NCBI GenBank assembly: GCA_964501965.1
Contig: CAZCVM010000003.1
Coordinates: forward strand, 1 to 42,806
Source of the DNA: an uncultured Leptospiraceae bacterium
GTDB lineage: Bacteria; Spirochaetota; DYNZ01
Length of the DNA: 42,806 nucleotides
Direction of reading: 5' to 3'
Shown: piece by piece, positions 17,265-26,769 of the stretch
How positions within the stretch are numbered: position 1 is the stretch's first letter
Layout: every line of letters begins with the position of its first letter
Position numbers and translations under genes: made by a program
The notes under the pieces: model-generated
Seen by the model: the letters and a program-made list of their open reading frames with translations, nothing else
What the model was told of the DNA's origin: nothing
Database searches by the model: none

Positions 17265-19751
17265 ATGGCTGAAAAAACAATGAAAAAAATATCAAATATG
17301 GAACTAAATGATATACGTAAAATCCGAATCGGCATAGTTACTAAATTTGTCTTATTTGTTACATTGATTCTTGTCGTAGCTTTTAGTATGACATTTTATT
17401 TTGTCTTGTCCCAGCAAAAACATCAAATCACCGAAAATCTCAAAGAAAAATCATTGGCCATTCTGCAAACTCTTTCTGTGCCAGTCAAAGACCTATTGCA
17501 AAATTTTGCTTCATTCAAAGCTCATGAAGAACAAATCGTCAAAAGCAAAAAATATAGTCCTGGCCTTAGCCAAAAATTTAATGACGCAAAAACAAAGTAC
17601 CGGGAAAGCGAGAATCAGCTAAGAAAGTTTCATACCCAGCTTATGGAAGATATGAACACCAAAGATTTTTATATTAAAAGTACTTTTGGCAAAGTTTTTA
17701 CTTTTGACAAGTATGGCAAAAAAGACGCGGAAGACATTCCAGATACAAATCAAGAAAAAGATTTTCGATTGAAATTCAATCGTGCAATCAATATCCATTT
17801 ACGTCGCCTCAATCCAGGTATCTATTATATGCCATTTTTCTCTTCCAAAAAAGTAAAAGAATATGATAGAATGAGGACTTCTTTGCCATTGTTTGCTACC
17901 ATTCAAACAAAGAATTTTTATCAGGATATTTATGAACTGTTTGTAAAAAAACACAAACCCACTCAACAAGCCATTGTACGGCGTTTATTAAAACAAAAAA
18001 AATGGCAGAGACATTTTGATTTGGATCCAAATAATAAAAATTTTGTTCAAAGGACAGAACAAATTGTAAATAAGGTGCAATTTTCCGAAATTCAAAATAA
18101 ATTGAAAGATAGATACCGGATTGATCTTGTTTATCGCGCTCTGAAAAATAAAGTAAATCAATACATTACCAAAGAAATCAACAAAGATGACAAATGGGAA
18201 GAAAAAATAAAAGATATTGATTATGAATTTTATTACTTTTACAAAGATGCTAAATACGGGCAGGATCTATCAGACAGAAAAAAAGAATGGCAATGGTTCT
18301 TAAAAGAACTTGTTGATATCACTGCATCCAAATTGATAGACAACAGGGAATGGTACAAAGAATATCGCATTAAATATCAATTGTACAGAAAATCAAAACA
18401 AGGCAAAGAAACTAAACCCCAGTCTCCGGCAGAAATAAAAAAGCAATGGCTGCAAGCTTTATTGGCGCACACAAAATATCAAAACAAAATATCCTGGAAG
18501 TATACTAAGGAATTAATTGTTTCACAAATCAATTCTCAAAAAATACCTAAAAATACTACTTATTATACGCAAAAAGATTCCTGGAATTTTTTTGAATTAA
18601 TTCGTGAATATATTTCCCAAAGAAAATATGGGTTTATCAGTACCAAATTGAATTTAGTCAAATTTGCTACGGCTGTAAAAGCAAAAGAACAACTCGGCGT
18701 GATGGTCTTAGTCATAGAGGCAGATGATTACAAAAAAAGGATCGCAGCCACATCCAACTCATTGATAGATATTGCTATTAGCATTATTTTGCGTATTTTA
18801 TTTTTGAGTATTTTATTGGCTGGTTTATTCACAAGAGGCATCAAAATACTCGGCCAGGGTGCTAAAGTGATTGGTGATGGAAATTTTGATTATAAAATTC
18901 AAATAAAATCCTCGGATGAAATTGGTCAGCTAGCAGATACGATCAATCAAATGAGTGCAAATTTGAAAATAGCGCAACTAGAAAAAGAAAAGCAGTTGAT
19001 GTTGGAATCAGAATTGCGCCAGGCGTCTGAAATTCAGCAAACTTTATTGCCGCAGGCTGTTGATATTTCAGGTTTGGAGCATGACGAATACTACAAAGCG
19101 GAAAGCCTTTCTGGTGGTGACTATTATGATTATTTTATGATAAACGAAGACAAAATTGGCTGGGTTATTGGAGACGTGTCTGGCCATGGCGTGGGAGCGG
19201 CATTGGTAATGGCAATGACAAGATCCCTGGTAAGAGAATATACTAAAAAATGGTTGGACCCTCAAAAAGCATTGATTGATGTAAATGAAGTGCTGTGCTC
19301 TGACACCCAGCCCCAGTATTTTGTAACCTTATTTTTGGCTATTTTTGATAAAAAAACCAAAAAAATGCAATGGTCTTCAGCCGGACACAATCCCGTGTAT
19401 TTGCTAGCCCCTGGTCAAAAAGCTGAAGAATTGGCGGCAGGAGGTATGGCATTGGGCTCCTTTTCTGGCGAACGTTTTGCAAAAAAATCCTTACACAATG
19501 AAAGAACATTTCACCCGAATGAGATATTTTTACAATATTCAGATGGTATCACAGAAGCCATGAACCGAAAAGAAGAAGAATATGGTGATGACCGACTTCA
19601 AGCTCTGGTCAACAATTTGACAAAAGCAAAAAATTTGACTCCCCAAAAAATTGTGCAAGCTATTATCCGTGACGTAAATGCATTTACTCAGGGATACCGT
19701 CAGAATGATGATATTACGGTGACTTGTATCCGATACAATGCGACAAGTTAA
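17265..19751 (+). CDS. Membrane-bound PP2C/SpoIIE (RsbU-like) phosphatase with large extracytoplasmic domain and HAMP
   Basis: Two TM segments, HAMP (DEIGQLADTINQM), GGDYYD, GDVSGHG, SAGH, YSDGITEA, DDIT. Confidence 0.93.
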   Translation: MAEKTMKKISNMELNDIRKIRIGIVTKFVLFVTLILVVAFSMTFYFVLSQQKHQITENLKEKSLAILQTLSVPVKDLLQNFASFKAHEEQIVKSKKYSPGLSQKFNDAKTKYRESENQLRKFHTQLMEDMNTKDFYIKSTFGKVFTFDKYGKKDAEDIPDTNQEKDFRLKFNRAINIHLRRLNPGIYYMPFFSSKKVKEYDRMRTSLPLFATIQTKNFYQDIYELFVKKHKPTQQAIVRRLLKQKKWQRHFDLDPNNKNFVQRTEQIVNKVQFSEIQNKLKDRYRIDLVYRALKNKVNQYITKEINKDDKWEEKIKDIDYEFYYFYKDAKYGQDLSDRKKEWQWFLKELVDITASKLIDNREWYKEYRIKYQLYRKSKQGKETKPQSPAEIKKQWLQALLAHTKYQNKISWKYTKELIVSQINSQKIPKNTTYYTQKDSWNFFELIREYISQRKYGFISTKLNLVKFATAVKAKEQLGVMVLVIEADDYKKRIAATSNSLIDIAISIILRILFLSILLAGLFTRGIKILGQGAKVIGDGNFDYKIQIKSSDEIGQLADTINQMSANLKIAQLEKEKQLMLESELRQASEIQQTLLPQAVDISGLEHDEYYKAESLSGGDYYDYFMINEDKIGWVIGDVSGHGVGAALVMAMTRSLVREYTKKWLDPQKALIDVNEVLCSDTQPQYFVTLFLAIFDKKTKKMQWSSAGHNPVYLLAPGQKAEELAAGGMALGSFSGERFAKKSLHNERTFHPNEIFLQYSDGITEAMNRKEEEYGDDRLQALVNNLTKAKNLTPQKIVQAIIRDVNAFTQGYRQNDDITVTCIRYNATS

Positions 19752-19773
19752 TAGTATTGCTGAAAATAACTTT

Positions 19774-20736
19774 TTAATTTTTGGTATGGCGTTTTTTTGA
19801 TTTTTTTTGCATTGCTAAAGAATTTCTTTCCCAAAAAACTCCGTCAAAATAACCCTGAATAGAATCATCGCTATCCACCAACTGGAGTCTTTTTTCTGCG
19901 TAGCAAGCATATTCTTCATTTATTTCCACTCCAAAAAAATTGCGTTTCAATTTTTTTGCGACCACAGATGTCGTACCGGAACCTAAAAATGGATCAAACA
20001 CTACATCACCAGGATTGCTGCTTGCCAATATTATTTTTGCCAACAGTTTTTCCGGTTTTTGGGTAGGATGATCAGTGTTTTCAGACATTGACCAATATGG
20101 AATAGTTATATCTGTCCAATTATTGGAAGGACTGGTAACACGAAAGTCCCCATTTTTTGTTTTTTCCCAGTCTTTGGGAACACCGTTGACTTTATAAGGT
20201 GCAATGACCTTTCTTTTTATTTTTACATCATCAACATTAAAAGTATATTGTTTTGAATTTGCAAAAAACCAGATATCTTCATTGCAATTTTTCCAGTTTC
20301 GCTTAGCACCGCGTCCTTTATCTCTCTCCCAGGTTATTCTATTTATTACATCAAAATATTTCAATCCAACCAAATGAATAGAAGTAGAAGTGCGCCAGTC
20401 TCCGCATAGATAGACAGAAGCATTTGGTTTCAATTTTGGAATGAGTTTTTTTAACCATGATTCGATGTATTCATTATAGTCTTCGATTGTGGCTTTCTTA
20501 AAAGATATTCCATTGAAATTTTTGGTAAGATTGTATGGGGGGTCTGCAAACATTAAATCGATAGATTGGTCTGGCAAGAAATCCACAACTTCAAAAATAT
20601 TCTGCTGAATTGTTTTACCGAGTAAATCGTTTAAGGATGCTTTTTGTTTTATATGTAATAAATATTTTTTGTAATATTCTAGTTCCTTCAACGAAAGAGT
20701 CAAAGTGCGATTTCTTGATGATATTTTTTGCTTCAT
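19774..20736 (-). CDS. Site-specific DNA methyltransferase (N6-adenine/N4-cytosine, beta class)
   Basis: FADPPYN catalytic motif precedes HPTQKPE and the DPFLGSGTT SAM-binding motif. Confidence 0.93.
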   Translation of the reverse strand: MKQKISSRNRTLTLSLKELEYYKKYLLHIKQKASLNDLLGKTIQQNIFEVVDFLPDQSIDLMFADPPYNLTKNFNGISFKKATIEDYNEYIESWLKKLIPKLKPNASVYLCGDWRTSTSIHLVGLKYFDVINRITWERDKGRGAKRNWKNCNEDIWFFANSKQYTFNVDDVKIKRKVIAPYKVNGVPKDWEKTKNGDFRVTSPSNNWTDITIPYWSMSENTDHPTQKPEKLLAKIILASSNPGDVVFDPFLGSGTTSVVAKKLKRNFFGVEINEEYACYAEKRLQLVDSDDSIQGYFDGVFWERNSLAMQKKSKKRHTKN

Positions 20737-20754
20737 TTTTTGTAATGGTTTAGC

Positions 20755-22122
20755 TTATTGTCTATTTGTTTTTATAGCGTTGATCCTGGTTAGATTTTTT
20801 TGGATAAGGTTTTCCTGATATCGGTAAGCCATTTCCTGACCCATTGGCACAAGCATAGACACAGAATGTTTGCGACAGCTACGATAAAGAGCAGCCAACT
20901 CTTGCTCCAAATGATTCATATCTATAGTATTTGCATCATCCGATAAAGATAAGCCTTCTTCGATCATTCGTTCCAGATATACCCGCCGTGCGTCAATTCG
21001 CCACAATCGGAATCTATGACCAAAACCCATAATATTGAACAAAATGCTGATGGCCATGAGTATTTGCACCAGATTGCCAAATGGTAAATAATCTGCCAGC
21101 CATGGCAAGTATTCGTCCCATATTGCTGGACCGCCGTTGGCAAAGAATCCTTCCGCTACTTTGGTTAAATGAAGATCACTGGAAGCAGTTTTGACATTAC
21201 GGTTGTAGTCAATAAATTGCGGGAAAAAACGGTCAAGCAATGTCAACATAGCAATGATTTGTGCTGACGGAACACATTCATTGGCGACAAGCATTGTTCT
21301 GACTCGCAGCAACGATGTCGGCTGTTTAGGGATATTTTGCATCATGTGAAAATAGCCTTGCCCCAGAGAGTAAATATCTAAAAAATCATTTTTCTGTGCA
21401 ATTGCTTTTAATTGGGCAAAAGAGGCAATTTTCAATTCATTACTCACAATGGCTTTTCGTATAAAAGCGATATCCTGGTGGATGACAAAAATTCCTAAAT
21501 CTATTTTGCCCTGTGTTAGCTGAGACATTTGTTCTTTTATACTAAAATGCTTCATTTGGATAGCAAGGCCCTGCTTAGCGAGATTCAAAAAGAGAATTTG
21601 CGCCAAATAAGCAGTACCGCTGCCTTTAGGACCAATGCCAATAGTTTTGCCTTGCAATTGATTTATATTGCTGTACTGGTCCGCATTTTTTCCTAGGAAA
21701 AAGACAGACTCCCAGATGGGCAGATGCGCCACAAGCTGTACTTTATCTTTGTTCCATTGCAATCCATCCTGAACAATGGCAAATTGTGGTTTACATTTGA
21801 CATTACTATCCTTTTTCAGATGAAGTATGTTTTGTCTATTGTCCATAGAGCCATGCGTTGCTTGATTGATCAATGTACCTTTTTGCCAGGAAGCCATTTG
21901 CGACAATTTTTCCGCAATGGTATAATAGTATCCATTTTGGGGCCCGGACAATAATGTTACTTTTAAATGCGATAAATTTGGATTGAGATTTACTACTGAT
22001 AAGAACAATCCCAATACTAGGATGATACTGACAACAATTCCAATTTTCACATCTGTACGTTCGGTTATTTCTTTGGCTATATGCGATGATTTTTTATTTT
22101 TGTTTTTTTGTTTTGTAAACAT
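20755..22122 (-). CDS. TAXI-family (TRAP-associated) solute-binding protein with membrane anchor and C-terminal extension
   Basis: SGPQNGYYY, THGSMDN, AIVQDG, IGIGPKGSGT; hydrophobic segments at the N-terminus and near aa 350. Confidence 0.8.
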   Translation of the reverse strand: MFTKQKNKNKKSSHIAKEITERTDVKIGIVVSIILVLGLFLSVVNLNPNLSHLKVTLLSGPQNGYYYTIAEKLSQMASWQKGTLINQATHGSMDNRQNILHLKKDSNVKCKPQFAIVQDGLQWNKDKVQLVAHLPIWESVFFLGKNADQYSNINQLQGKTIGIGPKGSGTAYLAQILFLNLAKQGLAIQMKHFSIKEQMSQLTQGKIDLGIFVIHQDIAFIRKAIVSNELKIASFAQLKAIAQKNDFLDIYSLGQGYFHMMQNIPKQPTSLLRVRTMLVANECVPSAQIIAMLTLLDRFFPQFIDYNRNVKTASSDLHLTKVAEGFFANGGPAIWDEYLPWLADYLPFGNLVQILMAISILFNIMGFGHRFRLWRIDARRVYLERMIEEGLSLSDDANTIDMNHLEQELAALYRSCRKHSVSMLVPMGQEMAYRYQENLIQKNLTRINAIKTNRQ

Positions 22123-22164
22123 AGGAAGCCCCTTTTTTTTGCGGATGATTTTTTAGTGCGATTT

Positions 22165-23466
22165 TTATTTTTTCAATTTTTTAATCTGCGGCATTTGAAT
22201 CCGTTGATCATGCAAAATATCCATCTGCGGTGCCAGAATATGAACATACCGGTCAAAATAGAGCATTTGTTTCATTAATAAAGCAAAAGCACGCGGAAAA
22301 CGTATACCATGATTTTCGCCAACTTGAGCGATTTTCATGACGATGCCATTCATTTCCATTTCTGACAAGTGAAGCAATTGTTCCGGATTTTCTACATCCA
22401 AAACCGCAAAGATTTTTTCAATATCTTTGGCAAATAATTCAATATCAACTTTTTCTTTTGTTGCGCCGGTTTGAGCCAAAGCTTTTGCCATAGAATAATA
22501 ATCCTTAAGTGTCATTGCTTGCATTAGCATGAGCATACCTGCCCAGATTTCTTCAGATATACGTCCCACTATGCCAAAATCAATGAATGCCACTCGTCCG
22601 TCTTCCAAGGCTAAAAGGTTGCCTGCGTGTACATCAGCATGAAAAAATTCGCAAAAGGCCAATGATTGATACCATACATTCAAAGCAGTCAAAAGAACTT
22701 CCTCGGGCTTATTGGTGATGGCGCGGATAGCGTCCAAATCCGTCAATGCGACTCCGTAGAGTCTTTCCATGGTTAATACTCTTTTTGTGGTATAGTCCCA
22801 ATAAACCCAGGGAACCATAGCTTTTTTTTCTCCGATATTTTGTAAAAAATGATCAAATGTTTCCATATTTTTTGCTTCTAGCAAAAAATCCACTTCTTCC
22901 AGCATTACTTTGTGAAAATCTTCCACAATGCCCGTCAGGCTGGTTCGCTCAAACTCTGGAGCAATTTTTTGCAATATATGTGCCGCAATCGCCAAAAAAT
23001 TCATGTCAACATTGAGCTTATCTTGTACATCCGGCCTTTGGACTTTCAAAACTACCTCCGCACCTGTGTGCATCGTGGCGGCATGCACTTGAGCGATGGA
23101 AGCAGAAGCCAATGGTTGAACATCCACATGGCGAAATAATTTTTCTATAGGATGTTGCAGTTCTTTTTCGATAATTTTTTTTATCTGGTCAAACGGTATA
23201 GGAGCAACTTGGTCCAGACATTGTTGAAATTCTGTGACATATTCTTTGGGGAAAAGGCTGGGGGCTGACGCAATAAGCTGCCCCAATTTTATATATGTGG
23301 CTCCCAGTTCAGTAAAGCTTTTTCTCAATTGTTTTGGAGCCATGTTTTCCTGACCCAGAACAGAACCAATTAAATATTCTACGCTATTCTTTGAAGCTAC
23401 AAAAGTCGTGTCCAGAATGCGCTTTCCTGATGAGAATCCAAAAGTCAGTGTTTGCCAAATATCCAT
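22165..23466 (-). CDS. ABC1/UbiB/AarF-family atypical kinase
   Basis: LGATYIKLGQ, LASASIAQVH, VLKVQRP, FFHADVHAGN, IDFGIVG. Confidence 0.93.
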   Translation of the reverse strand: MDIWQTLTFGFSSGKRILDTTFVASKNSVEYLIGSVLGQENMAPKQLRKSFTELGATYIKLGQLIASAPSLFPKEYVTEFQQCLDQVAPIPFDQIKKIIEKELQHPIEKLFRHVDVQPLASASIAQVHAATMHTGAEVVLKVQRPDVQDKLNVDMNFLAIAAHILQKIAPEFERTSLTGIVEDFHKVMLEEVDFLLEAKNMETFDHFLQNIGEKKAMVPWVYWDYTTKRVLTMERLYGVALTDLDAIRAITNKPEEVLLTALNVWYQSLAFCEFFHADVHAGNLLALEDGRVAFIDFGIVGRISEEIWAGMLMLMQAMTLKDYYSMAKALAQTGATKEKVDIELFAKDIEKIFAVLDVENPEQLLHLSEMEMNGIVMKIAQVGENHGIRFPRAFALLMKQMLYFDRYVHILAPQMDILHDQRIQMPQIKKLKK

Positions 23467-23468
23467 AT

Positions 23469-24911
23469 CTATTCCTTTTTTTTGGTTTTTTTAATTTTTT
23501 TGTCCAATTTTTTTTCTGTTTTTGGGGTAGGGTCTTGCGGTGCTGTTAAGGTACTGTTGTTGTCGTCTTTGATTTGGTTTTGGGGATTGGCTGGCAATAT
23601 TTCATGGGTTATTAATGGTATGAAGTGAAATTGAACTTTTTTTTGAAGTAAATTTGCGATTTCGACTTTTATATCTTGGATTTTTTGGTAGTCTATGTTT
23701 TGTGACATAATAAAAACGGATTTTAAGTAATAACCATAATGCTGCTTTGACATATCCAATGACAGAATTTCTACGCCTGGCAAATAGGACTGCATAATGG
23801 AAAGCACTTCTGTGCGATTTTTTTTCAATTGGTATGTTTGAAACATAAAAAAACCCAAGGGTAAGGCAATCAATAATAAAGTGGCAGCGGATAATGCTAC
23901 ATTTTTTTTGGCTCTTTTTTTAACTTCTTTCTGATCCGTTTGCACTGGGTGTACTTTCATTCGCCAAAAAACAAAACTCGCTGCCAGAGAAATGCCCACC
24001 AGGTTGATGGTATAAAGCAAAAATGCGCCAAAAGCCGCACGCAACTCCATGTGTCCTAAGGCGATTCCGATTGTGCATAACGGAGGCAGCAATGCTACCG
24101 CTATAGCAACACCGGACACAGAAGCTGATATATTGGGATTGACATAGGCATAAGCTCCCACGATGCCGCTGGCCAAAGCTATCACAATATCAAAAATATT
24201 GGGTTTTGTTCGGGAAAGAATTTCTTGGTTAAACTCCGTTCCTGGTAAAAGCGCGGAAATTAAAAATGCGATCAGAAAAGAGAACGCGGATCCCACAATC
24301 AGTGTTAGTACTGCTTTTTTGATTAAATCTACATCGCCCCATATTGTGCCCAGAGAAAAGCCAAGTATGGGCATCATTAGCGGCGCAATCAGCATAGCAC
24401 CAATGATTACCGCAGTGGAGCCTTGCAGCAATCCAAAAGTCGCAATAATTGTTGAGCCAGCCAACAATAATCCAAATTCTTTTGTAATGGAGGTTTGCAT
24501 GGCAATGCTTTCGTATATTTGCAGCTTGCCTACTTGTTGTTCTTTGACATTTTGATAAGTCTGGTAAATACGATTGAATCGTCCAAACCAATTTTCTTTT
24601 TTGGGTTTGGTAGGCGTGTCGCCATTTTTTTGTTTTTCAGAATTTTGGTTTTCTGTAGCTTGCGCTGCAATAACAGAAGGGGTCTTTTTTTTGCTTTGCC
24701 AATTATCTTTCAAAAAAGAAAAGAACCCAGGCAATTCGTTTAAGTCTTCTGTTTCCTTATTTTTTTGCTTTGTACCATTAGTCGCAAAAAATTTCTTTTT
24801 CATGTTGGAAAAAAGGCCTTCTTGTTTTTGGGTTTGATCCGCTGGTTTTTCCAATTTTTCCGAATCATCATTTGTTGATTGTTTATCTTCTTCTTGATTA
24901 TTTTTTCCCAT
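23469..24911 (-). CDS. DUF389/TIGR00341-family membrane protein
   Basis: STAVIIGAMLIAPLMMPI, RTKPNIFD, GVAIAVALLPPL, INLVGI. Confidence 0.9.
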   Translation of the reverse strand: MGKNNQEEDKQSTNDDSEKLEKPADQTQKQEGLFSNMKKKFFATNGTKQKNKETEDLNELPGFFSFLKDNWQSKKKTPSVIAAQATENQNSEKQKNGDTPTKPKKENWFGRFNRIYQTYQNVKEQQVGKLQIYESIAMQTSITKEFGLLLAGSTIIATFGLLQGSTAVIIGAMLIAPLMMPILGFSLGTIWGDVDLIKKAVLTLIVGSAFSFLIAFLISALLPGTEFNQEILSRTKPNIFDIVIALASGIVGAYAYVNPNISASVSGVAIAVALLPPLCTIGIALGHMELRAAFGAFLLYTINLVGISLAASFVFWRMKVHPVQTDQKEVKKRAKKNVALSAATLLLIALPLGFFMFQTYQLKKNRTEVLSIMQSYLPGVEILSLDMSKQHYGYYLKSVFIMSQNIDYQKIQDIKVEIANLLQKKVQFHFIPLITHEILPANPQNQIKDDNNSTLTAPQDPTPKTEKKLDKKIKKTKKKE

Positions 24912-25184
24912 TATTTGTCTTATCTTTCCGCAAATTTCTATTATTTCGGCTTTTCGGGAATAAGGTTTGTGCCCAATTCATTCCTTTTAATGATGCAATC
25001 CTAAAAGACATTACATAAGCTAATAAGGGGGTTTAATTTTTCAACAAAAAATATTGAATTCTATGCTAACAATCGTTTTTGCCGATTCCTGCTTGACATT
25101 CGACCCTAAATAAAAAAAATATAAAATAAAATGTATTTGTTGGTATGAACAATTCATGTCATATTTCGCAATGGAGAAAATACA

Positions 25185-25883
25185 ATGAAACAATATCCTC
25201 CCCCCTGGAAACTAAAAGGAAAAGGTTATATTCTATTATATCGTTTTTCGAAATCAATCAGAGCAAAACAATTGTCCAAACAGAGTTTGTTTTTCCCAAC
25301 TTTTATGGAACAGTCAAAAATTTTTGGCTTTGGCACCACAATGATTGTGGACTATCAACAATCTGATGCTGGTCCTTATCAAGAATTGCTTTTTATTCCC
25401 GGTAAATATGATTCTCCGGCTGGTAAATACTATGCAATTACTAAAATATATGTATCCACACAGGAGAGCATAATAAACGGCAGAGCAAATTGGGCCATTC
25501 CAAAGGAGCAAGCGGTTTTTTCTTTTACCAAAGCAGTTCAACAACCAGGAGAAATTGTTGAAGTTTTTGCATCTGATTCATTATCAGGTACGCAAAATAA
25601 TGAGTCAAAGCCATTTTTTCGTATGCATGTTCAGGATTTTGGGCCCAAGTTTCCGATTTTTACCACATTTTTAAATTTGGTTTTGCGCCAACATGGGCTG
25701 GAAGATTCGATGTACTATTATACGAAATTGATAGCCAAAGGGAAGGCAAGACTTACCAGAGTTCTTTCTTTGCAGATTGATCCGAGATTTTTTCCGGACA
25801 CAACACAAATCAAACCTTTATTGGCAATATCGATCCCTGATTTTCAAATGGAGTTTCCAGTCCCGCAAATTAAAACGAAATAG
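25185..25883 (+). CDS. Acetoacetate decarboxylase-like family protein
   Basis: PPPWKLKG, GPYQEL, IYVS...NGRANWAIPK with the Schiff-base Lys position retained. Confidence 0.85.
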   Translation: MKQYPPPWKLKGKGYILLYRFSKSIRAKQLSKQSLFFPTFMEQSKIFGFGTTMIVDYQQSDAGPYQELLFIPGKYDSPAGKYYAITKIYVSTQESIINGRANWAIPKEQAVFSFTKAVQQPGEIVEVFASDSLSGTQNNESKPFFRMHVQDFGPKFPIFTTFLNLVLRQHGLEDSMYYYTKLIAKGKARLTRVLSLQIDPRFFPDTTQIKPLLAISIPDFQMEFPVPQIKTK

Positions 25884-25898
25884 GAGATTAGTCTCTGA

Positions 25899-26459
25899 TT
25901 ATAACAATTCTTGTAGGCCTTGTTTGTTGATATGGAATAAATAAGGTGAACGCAACACTACTTTGTCTCCTTGAAATATGGTAATGCGTTCCATGCCTAG
26001 CCATTTTCGCCATAGACCGGTTTTGATGACAATTCGGTATAAACCTTGAGACAAAGGAAAATTTTTAATTTCTATATCGCCCCATTTCAATTTGTGAGAA
26101 TATACAGTTTTGCGGTGGACAAAGATTTCTCCGAGAACCATAGAAAAAAAATAACGCAAAAAATCCCATAGGATTGATAATGCAATATAATAGAAGATAC
26201 CCTGGGCCAGGTATTCATAATATTTTTTCTCAGTAAGAAATTTCAATTTTAATACTTTTGCCAATTTCAATATATCAACAAACCAGAATAGAAATTCGTG
26301 GATATAAGAAAAGTAGGGATGAATAAAATTTAAGAAAAAGACTACAAATATGGCCATTAATATGGGGGGTATATAGTTTACTGGGTAGTAAACCAAATCA
26401 GGTAAATTGTAAATTTTTTGAAGTCTTTGATTGCGAAACCGTTTAATGTATGATAGCAT
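25899..26459 (-). CDS. Hypothetical membrane protein (possible bacterial PH-like C-terminus)
   Basis: Hydrophobic N-terminal segments; C-terminal KTGLWRKWLGMERITI resembles the bPH pattern. Confidence 0.6.
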   Translation of the reverse strand: MLSYIKRFRNQRLQKIYNLPDLVYYPVNYIPPILMAIFVVFFLNFIHPYFSYIHEFLFWFVDILKLAKVLKLKFLTEKKYYEYLAQGIFYYIALSILWDFLRYFFSMVLGEIFVHRKTVYSHKLKWGDIEIKNFPLSQGLYRIVIKTGLWRKWLGMERITIFQGDKVVLRSPYLFHINKQGLQELL

Positions 26460-26769
26460 TCTAAATACCCGGACATTTTGTATATTATTTTAAAAAACCA
26501 AAAACTACATCACCATTGTTTTATGCAAATACTTTTTCAGTACAATATTTTTTTGGGGTTAAAAGTGTAAGAGATTGTGTGTGGAAATATTTCAAGAATA
26601 TAATGAATGAAAATTGAAAAATAATCAACGTAAATACAATAACGATATCAAATAATAACAGAAATAAAAAAATAAAAAAATGCTGCATGTGTGACGAAAA
26701 TAGAAATAGCAAAATAGTAGAATTTTTATTAGTTTAGAAATGATTGAATTTCAAAAATAGGAATGTGTA

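Noticed and set aside
24912-25184. Possible ncRNA in the divergent intergenic gap
   Set aside because: Only weak hairpins and an isolated TTGACA; consistent with ordinary divergent promoters.
26460-26769. AT-rich 310-bp gap and 63-aa hydrophobic ORF at 26521-26712
   Set aside because: The Phe/Ile-rich translation follows from poly-A/T composition; no DnaA-box cluster or RNA structure seen.
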